Shown: one piece after another, positions 1 to 12,799 of the stretch
How positions within the stretch are numbered: the first letter of the stretch is position 1
Layout of the letters: each line of letters begins with the position of its first letter
Notes under the pieces: model-generated
The model's input: the letters and a program-made list of their open reading frames with translations, nothing else
Databases searched by the model: none
Told to the model about the DNA's origin: nothing
Program-made: the position numbers and the translations under genes
Assembly (NCBI GenBank): GCA_020137815.1
Contig: CM035362.1
Location: forward strand, 3,410,001-3,474,000
Length of the DNA: 64,000 nucleotides
Direction: 5' to 3'
From: Hormiphora californensis
Taxonomy: Eukaryota; Animalia; Ctenophora

Positions 1-100
1 GGAGAAAGAGCAGGCGAGAGGAATCCGCATAGAGAGAGAGGAGAGAGAGGAGAAAGAGAGAGAGAGAGAGAGCAGAGAGAGGCAGGAGAGAGAGAGAGCG

Positions 101-138
<38 letters not shown>

Positions 139-190
139 GGCGGAGAGAGAGAGAGGCGAGAGAGAGCGGAGAGATGAGCGAGGGAACGAG
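1..190. repeat. Noisy (GA)n microsatellite
   Basis: Interrupted AG dinucleotide run. Other GA/CT tracts at ~444-480, 3571-3655, 33362-33441, 42720-42880, 50720-50865 and 62030-62130; (CA)n at ~585-615. Confidence 0.9.
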
Positions 191-441
191 AAGACTGCTA
201 GCCGCTAGAGGAGGAGAGTCGCCGAGACGAGACTCGCGCCACCTTCTCGAGAGCCTGAGCGACGCTAGGGAATGATAGCGCCTTCGCTGGTATCCCTGAG
301 CGCGTCATGGCAGTAGCAAGAGGCAGCATATCGAGACGAGAGGTAACGGGGGGTAGCCAATGACGCATTGAAAGTAGTGATATGAGCAACCAGATCGCTC
401 TCTCTACCGTTTATCTCCTAACATCCTTCTCCTCTATCTCA

Positions 442-479
<38 letters not shown>

Positions 480-582
480 TCTGCATATCATTATCTCTCA
501 TCTCACTATCGCATGTTATGTTAACTGGGGTAGCTCATATGACATATTGGAAAGAGTATATGAGCACCAGATGCTACACGCA

Positions 583-616
<34 letters not shown>

Positions 617-951
617 GCGATGTAATGGTAAACAAAGGGACGACTACAGCTATTATAATGCCCTTGTGCTAGCGTGCTCCACTGCTGCAGCTGCCCCGTG
701 AGCTACACTAGACTAGTACTACAGCTGCCCCATGAGTTCTGAAGCTCGCATGAGGTGATAAAAGTAGAACACTGTTCCAAAAAGTAATTGTATTCACAGG
801 AGGATTTCGGATGTTGTTGTGTAGCTGTGTAACTGTAAATAAAAGGGCTCATCTACAGTGTCAAAATGGGGTTTCCCTTAGCTGCGCCATTAAATTTTTG
901 TTGGCCGCCAACTTTAGGATTTTCTTTACACCTTCCCAATTCCCAAAGGTC

Positions 952-1042
952 CTGTCTGGCGCCGCAGACCCCGTCTGACCGCACTGCTGAGCGCTTAATT
1001 TGAGAATCAAATCGGGGTCTGGCTCGGGGTCTCGTCAGACAG
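952..1042. mobile_element. ~75-90 bp micro-MITE family (CTGTCTGGCG...CG(T/C)CAGACAG)
   Basis: Inverted termini with an internal GACCCC/GGGGTC stem. Related copies at 36241-36314 (opposite orientation) and ~52697-52766, all sharing TGAGAATCAAA. Confidence 0.6.
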
Positions 1043-1337
1043 CAAAGGTCGAAGAAATGGCCATGGGGGTTTGAAAGTGTTATAGCAGGCATCACAAAGA
1101 TTCACGATTTTTTTCTGCGATTCTCTCTACAATTACATGTGGCAACAATTGTGCATCGCGTGCCATCACGCGAAAAGAAATCTTTCATTATATTGAACAA
1201 TGTCTTGCCGCATACACACATGATACCCGGAGTAAGAAACAAAAGGCTAAATCTAAAAGGTAAAATGATTCGACTGGAATAAATTTTACACTTTTTCTTT
1301 ATATTTGATGAATGAGTTCGAATGAGATACTTTATGG

Positions 1338-2201
1338 TGGGGGCCCCCCCGGGGCCCCCTTCCCCCCCCCCTTTTCCCCCCCCCTCCCCCCAAAAAAACC
1401 CCCCCGGGGGGTTTGGGGGGGGGGGAAAGGGGAAAAGGAAAAAAGGGGGGGGAAAAAAAGAGGGCCCCCGGGGGGACCAAAACCCCCCAAAAAAAAAACC
1501 CCCCAAAAAAAAAAAAAACCCCCCAAAGAAAAAACCCCGGAAAAACCCCCCCCAAAACCCCCCCCCAAAAAAACCCCCCAAAAAAAGCCCTTTTTTGGGG
1601 GGGGGAAAAAAAAAAAGAAAAAAAAGGGGGGAAAAATTTTTTTTTGTTTTTTGAAAAAAAAAACCCCCAAAAACCAAAAAAGGGGGGCCGGGGAAAATTT
1701 TTTTTTGGGTTTTTTTTTTAAAAACACCTTCCCCAAAAAAAATTTTTGGGGGGGAGGGGAAAGGGGGGTTTTTTTTTTTTGGAAAAATTTTTTTCCCCCC
1801 CGGGGGGGGGGAAAAACCCGGGGGTTTTTTGGGTTTTTTAAAAATTCCCCCTTTTTAAAAAACCCCCCCTCCCTTTTTTTCCCCCCCCCCTTTTTTTTTT
1901 TTAAAAAAAGGGGCCCCAAACCCGGGCCCCCCCCAAAAAAAAAAAAAAAAAAAGAAAAAAATTTTTTTTTAAAATTTTAAAATTTAAAAAAATTTTTTTG
2001 GGGGGGGGGGGGGAAAACGGGGGGGGGGGGCCCCCCGGGGGGGGGGGAAAAAAAAAGGGGGGGGTTTGGGGGGGGGAAAAAAACCCGGGGGGGGAAAAAA
2101 AAAAACCAAAGGGGGGGTTTGGGGGGGGGGGGGGGGGGGGGGGGTTTGGGGGGGGTTTGGGGGGGGGGGTTTTTAAGGGGGGGGGGGGGGGGGGGGGGGG
2201 G

Positions 2202-2239
<38 letters not shown>

Positions 2240-3110
2240 AAAAAATTAAAAAAAAAAAGGGGGGGGGGGAAAACCCGGGGGGGGGGGGGAAAAAGGGGGG
2301 GGGGAAAGGGGGGAAGGGGGGGGGGAAAAGGGGGGCCCCCCAAAAAATTTTTTAAAAAGGGGGGAAGGGGGGGGAAAAACCCCCCCCAAAATTTAATTAA
2401 ACCCCCCAAAAAAAGGGGGTTTTTTTTGGGGGCTTTTTTGTTTAAAAAAAATTTTAAAAAATAAATTTTAAAAAAAAGGGAAAAACCCCCCAATTTAAAA
2501 AAATTTTTTGGGAAAAATTTGGGGGAAAAATTAAAAAAAAAAGGGGAAAAAAAAAAACAAAATCCCCAAAGGGGGAAAAACCCCCCCCTTTTTTTTTCCC
2601 CCCTTTTTTTTTTTTCATTTTAAAAGGGTTTTATCAAAAAAAAAAATAAAGCAACCGTTTTTTTTTCCCCCCAAAAAAAAAATTTTTAAATTTTTTTCCC
2701 CCCCCAAAAAAGGGGAAAAAAAAAAAAACCCCCCCTTTTTTTCCCCCCCCTTTTTGGGGGGGGAAAAAAAAAATTGGGGAATTTTTTTTTTTTTCCTTAA
2801 AAAAATTTGGCAAAAAAAAAAAGGGGGCCCCCAAAAAAAAAAAAAACGGGGAATTTTAAAAAAGAATTTGGGGGGAAAAAGGGGGGAAAAAAAAAAAGGG
2901 GGGGGGGGGGGGGAGAGAGGGAGAGGAAAAAAGGGGGGGGGGGGGAGAGGGAAAGAGAAAAAGGAAGGGGGAAAGGGGGGAAAAGGGGGGGGAAAAAAAA
3001 GGGGGGGAAAAAAAAAAAAAAAAAAGGAAAAAAAAAAAATTTTTTTTTTTTTGGTTAATTTTTTCCCCCCCCGGGGGCCCCCCCCAAAAATTTTCCCCTT
3101 CCTCCTTATT
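1338..3110. other. Homopolymer-degraded, low-quality assembly segment
   Basis: Almost entirely runs of A/C/G/T. ORFs are K/G/P/F-only. The same texture occurs at ~42900-43860 and ~49310-50600. Confidence 0.8.
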
Positions 3111-3589
3111 AGCTGACATTATGTTGAGTAAAATATCTATTAAATAATGAACGGAGGTCGTTACTGATCTAAAATCACATCGCGATCACGCATCCCGATT
3201 CCAGAAATGTTTGTTGAATACCTAAAGAAATTTAGGATGGTAACAAATAATAAATATTTTGCAACACACCATTCGGCACAGGTGAAGGCACTGATTTTCC
3301 TATCACCATGCGATTATGATAATACCTCTCTTTCTCTCTGTTCCCCGTCTCCCTCTCTCTGTAACCTGATACCGGGATCATCATCAGACAGTGTGTGTAA
3401 AATTACGCAACCTGTTTGACACCTGTTTGGCTCACGTTCCTTCGGATATTTGTGTACATCTATACACTAAATTTGATGAGCGGTCTGAAGCAAAACAAGA
3501 AATAAAAACTGCAAGCTCCTAAAAAGTAAATCATGCATGGACAGAAGGGATTCACAAAAATGTATTGGATAGAGAGAGAGGGAGAGAGG

Positions 3590-3656
<67 letters not shown>

Positions 3657-6600
3657 TCAGAGGGTAGCAAGCAATCATACCATGTTGATACACTGACACA
3701 CAAACTCACAAAGACTTTATAATAGCCAACCACAATAGTAGGACACACAGACACAAATATAAATTAGGTATCTGTTATGATGTTATTGGTGTCCCTTGCC
3801 CCTCGCGCAAGACTATAAAACCCGTATAGTACTAGACGACTTCTGGAAGAAAATTCTCTAATCAAAAATTGTTAATTATAGAGAATTTTCTTTTAAGAAA
3901 GTTTGATTCGCCTAACCGTCTTATATATCCGCCCTTATAAGAACAATTCAAAAGGGAGTGTCAAAAGTTGGTGAATATGATGGATGAGCCATTATTCTTC
4001 TGTGATGGCAATGCCACAGCCCCAAAAGTCACCGTGTTTTCCTAATCAAAATGCTCAAAAAATACAGCGTTCAGTTTGTAAAACAGCTTCTTGCAAGACG
4101 CCAGCCCTTCAAAAATCTTTAAAATGCTTGATGAACTGAGATCAAAGAGACAAAGAGAAATGAAATGAGAGGATGAAGAAAGGCTATAAAATGAAGAGAG
4201 ACGGGGGGAGAGAGAGAGAGAGAGATCAGAGAGAGAAAGAGAGAGAATTATGCAGCTGGATGGGGGCCGGAAATGGCTGAATACACTCGCTTCGCACAAT
4301 CAAGTTTCCGCATCTCTCCTCCATTTGTCAAATTATGGAGAGATGAGGCTGCATGGAGAGAAAGAGAGATAAGTAGAAATGGAGAGGGAAGAGGAGAAGG
4401 TAAAGAGAAAGATTGGGGAGAGAGAACGAGACTCCAGCTCCTGTGAGATTTGAGGGCATTGCGTGTACCTATTTACCAAGGCTAATATAGTGTAATCAAG
4501 CAGGTTTATAAAATAGTAAAATACAAAGGACTACGATATGTACGAAAATTCCATCCCTCAAATCCGAATAATAGGAGAATAGAAAAGTATTCCGAAACAA
4601 AACCTAATCCACGAAAATAACTTAAATGTCGAAACGTATGTCCTAACCAATTAGTTGCTCCAGTTACTTTCGTTCAACATTATGATGTTGAACAAAAGTA
4701 ATTGGAGCATTGATCAAATTAATCGAAAAGACAAATGCTGCAGCTGTTTAAATCAGTAACAAAACCGCTACATTTCCTACATTTCAGACGATCCCTGGAT
4801 CCAGATTAAATGGGTGAAATTAAGAAAGTTTTTAGAGATTTGGGGGGGTTTCAAAGTGGCAAAGTTTCTTAGAAATTAGGTGGGTCAAAATGGGATAGTT
4901 TCTTAGAGATTAGGTGGGTAAAAGTGAGAAAGTGGGTCAAAGTGGGAAAGTTTCTTAAACATTAGATGGGTAAAAAAGAGAATGTTTCTTTGAAATAAGG
5001 TTTCTTAGAGATAAAGTTTCTTAGAGATAAAGTTTCTTAGACATAAAGTTTCTAAGGGAAAAGATCAAAGGTCAAAGTGAGAAGGTTTCTTAGAGATTAG
5101 GTTGGTCAAAGTGAGAAAGTGGGTCAAAGTGGGAAAGTTTCTTAGAGTTTGGGAAATTTAAAGTAGTAAAGTTTCTTAGAGATAAAGTTTCTTAGAGATA
5201 AAGTTTCTTAGAGATAAAGTTTCTTAGATATAAGATTGGCCAAAGTGAGAAGTTTCTAAGAGATTAGGTGGGTCAAAGTGAGAAAGTGGGTCAAAGTGGG
5301 AAAGTTTCTTAGAGTTTGGGAAAGTCAAAGTGGGAAAGTTTCTTAGAGAATAGAGATAAAGTTTCTTAGAGATAAGATGGTTCAAAGTGAGAAGGTTTCT
5401 TAAAGATTAGGTGGGTCAAAGTGAGAAACTGGGTCAAAGTGGAAAAGTTTCTTAGAGTTTGGGAAAGTTAAAGTGGGAAAGTTTCTTAGAGATAAAGTTT
5501 CTTAGAGATAAAGTTTCTTAGAGATAAAGTTTCTTAGAGATAAGATGGGTCAAAGTGAGAAGGTTTCTTAGAGATTAGGTGGGTCAAAGTGGGAAAGTTT
5601 CTAAGAGATTAGGAAGGTCAAAGTGGGAAAGTTTCTTAGAGATTAGGAGGGTTAAGGTGTGAAAGTTCTTAGAGATTAGGGGGGGGGGTTCAAAGTGGCA
5701 AAGTTTCTTAGAAATTAGGTGGGTCAAAGTGAGACAGTTTCTTAGAGATCAGGTGGGTCAAAGTGAGAAAGTTTCTTGGAGATAAGATGAGTCAAAGTGA
5801 GAATGTTTCTTATAGATCAGATGGGTCAAAGTGGGAAAGAGAGATGAGGATTGAGGTGGATCAAAGTGGGAAAGTTTCTTGAAGATAAGATGAGTCAAAG
5901 TGGGGTAGTTTCTTAGACATTAGATGGGTCAAAAAGAGAAGGTTTCTTAGAGATAAGGTTCCTTAGAGATAAGGTTTCTTAGAAATAAGGTTTCTTAGAA
6001 ATTTGGTTTCTTAGAGATAAGGTTTCTTAGAGATAAGGTTTCTTAGAGATAAGGTTTCTTAGCGATAAGATTTCTTAGAGATAAGGTTTCTTAGAGATAA
6101 AGTTTCTTAGAGATAAAGTTCCTTAGAGATAAAGTTTCTTAGAGATAAAGTTCCTTAGAGATAAAGTTTCTAAGAGATAAAGTTCCTTAGAGATAAAGTT
6201 TCTTAGAAATAAGGTTTCTTAGAGATAAGGTTTCTTAGAGATAAGGTTTCTTAAAGATAAGGTTTCTTAAAGATAAGGTTTCTTGAAGATAAGATGAGTC
6301 AAAGTGGGGTAGTTTCTTAGACATTAGATGGGTCAAAAAGAGAAGGTTTCTTAGAGATAAGGTTCCTTAGAGATAAGGTTTCTTAGAAATAAGGTTTCTT
6401 AGAAATAAGGTTTCTTAGAGATAAGGTTTCTTAGATATAAGGTTTCTTAGAGATAAGGTTTCTTAGAGATAAGGTTTCTTAGAGATAAGGTTTCTTAGAG
6501 ATAAGGTTTCTTAGAGATAAGGTTTCTTAGAGATAAGGTTTCTTAGAGATAAAGTTTCTTAGAGATAAAGTTCCTTAGAGATAAAATTTCTTAGAGATAA

Positions 6601-9600
6601 AGTTTCTTAGAGATAAAGTTTCTTATAGATAAAGTTCCTTAGAGATAAAGTTTCTTAGAAATAAAGTTCCTTAGAGATAAAGTTTCTTAGAAATAAGTTT
6701 TCTTAGAGATAAGGTTTCTTAGAGATAAGGTTTCTTAGAGATAAGGTTTCTTAGAGATAAAGTTTCTTAGAAATAAGGCTTCTTAGAGATAAGGTTTCTT
6801 AGAGATAAGGTTTCTTAGAGATAAGGTTTCTTAGAGATAAAGTTTCTTAGAGATAAGGTTTCTTAGAGATAAAGTTTCTTAGAGATAAAGTTTCTTATAG
6901 ATAAAGTTCATTAGAGATAAAGTTTCTTAGAAATAAAGTTCCTTAGAGATAAAGTTTCTTAGAAATAAGTTTTCTTAGAGATAAGGTTTCTTAGAGATAA
7001 GGTTTCTTAGAGATAAGGTTTCTTAGAGATAAAGTTTCTTAGAGATAATGTTTCTTACAGATAAGGTTTCTTAGAGATAAAGTTTCTTAGAGATAAAGTT
7101 TCTTAAAGATTGGGTTGGTCAAAGTGGAAAAGTTTCTTAGAGATAAGATGGCTCAAAGTGAGAAGGTTTCTTAGAGATTGGGTTGGTCAAAGTGGAAAAG
7201 TTTCTTAGAGATAAGATGGTTCAAAGTGAGAAGGTTTCTTAGAGATGAGCATTGAGGTGGGTCAAAGTGGGAAAGTTTCTTGAAGATAAGATGAGTCAAA
7301 GTGGGAAAGTTTCTTAGACATTAGATGGGTTAAAAAGAGAAAGTTCTTTAGAGATAAAGTTTCTTAGAGATAAAGTTCCTTAGAGATAAGGTTTCTTAGA
7401 GATAAGGTTTCTTAGAGATAAGGTTTCTTAGAGATAAGGTTTCTTAGAGATTAGGTTCCTTAGAGATAAGGTTTCTTAGAGATAAGGTTTCTTAGAGATA
7501 AGGTTTCTTAAAGATAAGGTTTCTTAGAGATAAGGTTTCTTAGAGATAAGGTTTCTTAGAGATAAGGTTTCTTAGAGATAAAGTTTCTTAGAGATAAAGT
7601 TCCTTAGAGATAAAATTTCTTAGAGATAAAGTTTCTTAGAGATAAAGTTTCTTATAGATAAAGTTCCTTAGAGATAAAGTTTCTTAGAAATAAAGTTCCT
7701 TAGAGATAAAGTTTCTTAGAAATAAGTTTTCTTAGAGATAAGGTTTCTTAGAGATAAGGTTTCTTAGAGATAAGGTTTCTTAGAGATAAAGTTTCTTAGA
7801 AATAAGGCTTCTTAGAGATAAGGTTTCTTAGAGATAAGGTTTCTTAGAGATAAGGTTTCTTAGAGATAAAGTTTCTTAGAGATAAGGTTTCTTAGAGATA
7901 AAGTTTCTTAGAGATAAAGTTTCTTATAGATAAAGTTCCTTAGAGATAAAGTTTCTTAGAAATAAAGTTCCTTAGAGATAAAGTTTCTTAGAAATAAGTT
8001 TTCTTAGAGATAAGGTTTCTTAGAGATAAGGTTTCTTAGAGATAAGGTTTCTTAGAGATAAAGTTTCTTAGAGATAATGTTTCTTACAGATAAGGTTTCT
8101 TAGAGATAAAGTTTCTTAGAGATAAAGTTTCTTAAAGATTGGGTTGGTCAAAGTGGAAAAGTTTCTTAGAGATAAGATGGCTCAAAGTGAGAAGGTTTCT
8201 TAGAGATTGGGTTGGTCAAAGTGGGAAAGTTTCTTAGAGATAAGATGGTTCAAAGTGAGAAGGTTTCTTAGAGATGAGCATTGAGGTGGGTCAAAGTGGG
8301 AAAGTTTCTTGAAGATAAGATGAGTCAAAGTGGGAAAGTTTCTTAGACATTAGATGGGTTAAAAAGAGAAAGTTCTTTAGAGATAAAGTTTCTTAGAGAT
8401 AAAGTTCCTTAGAGATAAGGTTTCTTAGAGATAAGGTTTCTTAGAGATAAGGTTTCTTAGAGATAAGGTTTCTTAGAGATTAGGTTCCTTAGAGATAAGG
8501 TTTCTTAGAGATAAGGTTTCTTAGAGATAAGGTTTCATAAAGATAAGGTTTCTTAGAGATAAAGTTTCTTAGAGATAAAGTTTCTTAGAGATAAAGTTTC
8601 TTAGAGATAAGGTTTCTTAGAGATAAGGTTTCTTAGAGATAAGGTTTCTTAGAGATAAGGTTTCTTAGAGATAAAGTTGCTTAGAGATAAAGTTCCTTAG
8701 AGATAAAATTTCTTAGAGATAAAGTTCCTTAGAGATAAAGTTTCTTAGAAATAAGGCTTCTTAGAGATAAGGTTTCTTAGAGATAAGGTTTCTTAGAGAT
8801 AAGGTTTCTTAGAGATAAGGTTTCTTAGAGATAAGGTTTCTTAGAGATAAAGTTTCTTAGAGATAAAGTTTCTTATAGATAAAGTTCCTTAGAGATAAAG
8901 TTTCTTAGAAATAAAGTTCCTTAGAGATAAAGTTTCTTAGAAATAAGTTTTCTTAGAGATAAGGTTTCTTAGAGATAAGGTTTCTTAGAGATAAGGTTTC
9001 TTAGAGATAAAGTTTCTTAGAGATAATGTTTCTTACAGATAAGGTTTCTTAGAGATAAAGTTTCTTAGAGATAAAGTTTCTTAGAGATTGGGTTGGTCAA
9101 AGTGGGAAAGTTTCTTAGAGATAAGATGGCTCAAAGTGAGAAGGTTTCTTAGAGATTGGGTTGGTCAAAGTGGGAAAGTTTCTTAGAGATAAGATGGTTC
9201 AAAGTGAGAAGGTTTCTTAGAGATGAGCATTGAGGTGGGTCAAAGTGGGAAAGTTTCTTGAAGATAAGATGAGTCAAAGTGGGAAAGTTTCTTAAACATT
9301 AGATGGGTTAAAAAGAGAAAGTTCTTTAGAGATAAAGTTTCTTAGAGATAAAGTTCCTTAGAGATAAGGTTTCTTAGAGATAAGGTTTCTTAGAGATAAG
9401 GTTTCTTAGAGATAAGGTTTCTTAGAGATTAGGTTTCTTAGAGATAAAGTTTCTTAGAGATAAGGTTTCTTAGAGATAAGGTTTCTTAGAGATAAAGTTT
9501 CTTAGAGATAAAGTTCCTTAGAGATAAAATTTCTTAGAGATAAAGTTCCTTAGAGATAAAGTTTCTTAGAAATAAGGCTTCTTAGAGATAAGGTTTCTTA

Positions 9601-11488
9601 GAGATAAGGTTTCTTAGAGATAAGGTTTCTTAGAGATTAGGTTTCTTAGAGATAAGGTTTCTTAGAGATAAAGTTTCTTAGAGATAAAGTTCCTTAGAGA
9701 TAAAATTTCTTGGAGATAAAGTTCCTTAGAGATAAAGTTTCTTAGAGATAAGGTTTCTTAAAGATAAGGTTTCTTAGAGATAAAGTTTCTTAGAGATAAA
9801 GTTTCTTAGAGATAAAGTTTCTTAGAGATAAGGTTTCTTAGAGATAAGGTTTCTTAGAGATAAAGTTTCTTAGAGATAAAGTTCCTTAGAGATAAAATTT
9901 CTTAGAGATAAAGTTCCTTAGAGATAAAGTTTCTTAGAAATAAGGCTTCTTAGAGATAAGGTTTCTTAGAGATAAGGTTTCTTAGAGATAAGGTTTCTTA
10001 GAGATAAGGTTTCTTAGAGATAAGGTTTCTTAGAGATAAAGTTTCTTAGAGATAAAGTTTCTTATAGATAAAGTTCCTTAGAGATAAAGTTTCTTAGAAA
10101 TAAAGTTCCTTAGAGATAAAGTTTCTTAGAAATAAGTTTTCTTAGATATAAGGTTTCTTAGAGATAAGGTTTCTTAGAGATAAGGTTTCTTAGAGATAAA
10201 GTTTCTTAGAGATAATGTTTCTTACAGATAAGGTTTCTTAGAGATAAAGTTTCTTAGAGATAAAGTTTCTTAGAGATTGGGTTGGTCAAAGTGGGAAAGT
10301 TTCTTAGAGATAAGATGGCTCAAAGTGAGAAGGTTTCTTAGAGATTGGGTTGGTCAAAGTGGGAAAGTTTCTTAGAGATAAGATGGTTCAAAGTGAGAAT
10401 GTTTCTTAGAGATGAGCATTGAGGTGGGTCAAAGTGGGAAAGTTTCTTGAAGATAAGATGAGTCAAAGTGGGAAAGTTTCTTAAACATTAGATGGGTTAA
10501 AAAGAGAAAGTTCTTTAGAGATAAAGTTTCTTAGAGATAAAGTTCCTTAGAGATAAGGTTTCTTAGAGATAAGGTTTCTTAGAGATAAGGTTTCTTAGAG
10601 ATAAGGTTTCTTAGAGATTAGGTTTCTTAGAGATAAGGTTTCTTAGAGATAAGGTTTCTTAGAGATAAGGTTTCTTAAAGATAAGGTTTCTTAGAGATAA
10701 AGTTTCTAAGAGATAAAGTTTCTTAGAGATAAAGTTTCTTAGAGATAAAGTTTCTTAGAGATAAGGTTTCTTAGAGATAAGGTTTCTTAGAGATAAGGTT
10801 TCTTAGAGATAAAGTTTCTTAGAGATAAAGTTTCTTAGAGATAAAGTTCCTTAGAGATAAAGTTTCTTAGAAATAAGGTTTCTTAGAGATAAGGTTTCTT
10901 AGAGATAAGGTTTCTTAGAGATAAGGTTTCTTAGAGATAAGGTTTCTTAGAGATAAGGTTTCTTAGAGATAAAGTTTCTTAGAGATAAAGTTCCTTAGAG
11001 ATAACGTTTCTGAGAGATAAGGTTTCTTAGAGATAAAGTTTCTTAGAGATAAAGTTTCTTAGAGATAAAGTTACTTAGAGATAAGATGGGTCAAAGTGAG
11101 AAGGTTTCTTAGAGATTGGGTTGGTAAAAGTGGGAAAGTTTCTTAGAGATAAGATGGTTCAAAGTGAGAAGGTTTCTTAAAGATTAGGTGGGTCAAAGTG
11201 AGAAAGTGGGTCAAAGTGGGAAAGTTTCTTATAGTTTGGGAAAGTTAAAGTGGGAAAGTTTCTTAGAGATAAAGTTTCTTAGAGATAAAGTTTCAAACTT
11301 TTCAACACTACTTTAAACAAATTAATTTGAGTGTTCCACTTATAATCGATTGATCCGTGTTAGAGGTTATTTTCCAATCTTCGATATCTTATAGTTACGT
11401 GAATCTCTGTGGGCTTATTAAGAACGTACTGTGAGTGTTTTGAGTTGGGATTTATCTCTGTCCAGGAGTGTGAGCCAGGTGTTTTAGG

Positions 11489-12799
11489 ATGAACAATTTT
11501 CATGGTATTACGAATAGAGAGGAGTTTGATAGAGCTCTTGAGAGTATGGTATTTAATTCTAAGTGTAAGGGTAGCTCTGTTCTGAATCGTCTGCTTGAGG
11601 GGGATATTACTCCTCCTCCTAACAGTCCAAGTGGCCCAACCAGAGAGCAGGTATGGGGTCTTCTAGTGTCAGCATATGCATTGATACCCAGCAGCTCCAG
11701 AACCCGGTTTGAAAGCGGCACTAGCTCAACGATGGATGCAGGTTCCCTGGAGGTATTGAAGGAAAGTTTTGAAAGCCTGAAGACTGATCTTCTAGCGACC
11801 ATTGAGAGGAGAGTTGATGATCAAGTATCGAAAATACTGGATAAGAAAGAGGATGGGAACAGTGGAATTGAGGATCAACCAGAACCGGTGTTACCGATGA
11901 AGCATTATGTGGATATTAAGCTTGAAGTGGATGAAGATGATTCTGCGGCTCCGGTATGTCCGAAGAAGCAGTGGGCTGAGTTTGTGAAGCCAAAGGTGGA
12001 ATCTGCGCTCAAGGGGGTCCCTGTACTCAATACATTTGTTAATAAGGGCTCTGTGCGACTTTCTTTCGAGACAGATGATCAACTCAAGGCAGCTGGTGCG
12101 GTTCTTTCACCGGCTTTGGGACAGGAGATCCAGACGGTTACAGAGAGGAAAGCGATGCTTGACCCAAGAATTGCGGTGAATGATTTGGATGCAGACTTAC
12201 TTGATGAGGAGAAACTGATTTCGGAAATCCTGAGTGACAAGAATCAGGATATAAAGAAGGCCCATGGACAGGGTGGAAATATCAAGGTTATCCATATCAA
12301 CAGGAATGGTAGTTTTGCTGTAATCCAAGTCTCCCCAAGTATTCGGAGGATTATTTCATCTAATAAGGACAAGATTTTCCTGAAGCTGAGGCAACATTCA
12401 GTTAGGGATCGGTTTCATGTGGTGCAGTGTTTCCATTGTCAGGAGTTTGGTCACGTGGCTGGTTCTATGAGGTGTTCCAAGAAGGACAGTCCGGCAGTTT
12501 GTGCGTTCTGTGCTGGTGAGCATGAGACGAGACAGTGTCAAGAAAAGAGGAAGAATGATGTAGCCAAACTGAGGTGTATCAATTGTCATGGCAGTGGAAG
12601 CAGAGAGGATAGGAGGCATTCAAAGACGCATCTTGCATCGAGTACCTTATGTCCTTTTTACATCAATGAACGAGGAAAGCTGATGGATAGGACTGCTGGC
12701 GTGAGTAAGGAGACAAAAAATGTCTACCGGACGAGGGCAATGGAAGAGCTGAGGATAAAACGACTTGGAGGATCGGGACGCTCAATGTCCATTCTATAA
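11489..12799 (+). CDS. LINE ORF1, gag-like nucleic-acid-binding protein
   Basis: 436 aa with a coiled-coil-like segment and three C-terminal Cys/His knuckles (CFHCQEFGH..C, CAFCAGEH..C, CINC..H..C). Confidence 0.93.
   Translation: MNNFHGITNREEFDRALESMVFNSKCKGSSVLNRLLEGDITPPPNSPSGPTREQVWGLLVSAYALIPSSSRTRFESGTSSTMDAGSLEVLKESFESLKTDLLATIERRVDDQVSKILDKKEDGNSGIEDQPEPVLPMKHYVDIKLEVDEDDSAAPVCPKKQWAEFVKPKVESALKGVPVLNTFVNKGSVRLSFETDDQLKAAGAVLSPALGQEIQTVTERKAMLDPRIAVNDLDADLLDEEKLISEILSDKNQDIKKAHGQGGNIKVIHINRNGSFAVIQVSPSIRRIISSNKDKIFLKLRQHSVRDRFHVVQCFHCQEFGHVAGSMRCSKKDSPAVCAFCAGEHETRQCQEKRKNDVAKLRCINCHGSGSREDRRHSKTHLASSTLCPFYINERGKLMDRTAGVSKETKNVYRTRAMEELRIKRLGGSGRSMSIL

Noticed and set aside
1102-3119. 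Many overlapping K/G/P/F-rich ORFs and possible G-quadruplex runs
   Set aside because: They arise from homopolymer-degraded consensus; stops are absent only because of low complexity.
3945-4130. Minus-strand MAHPSYSP resembling the mariner HPPYSPDL motif
   Set aside because: Short match with a nearby stop, and no other transposase motif or TIR pair recognised.
4810-11294. CRISPR-like or telomeric array
   Set aside because: There are no unique spacers or cas genes and the unit is not TTAGGG; it is a plain satellite in eukaryotic DNA.
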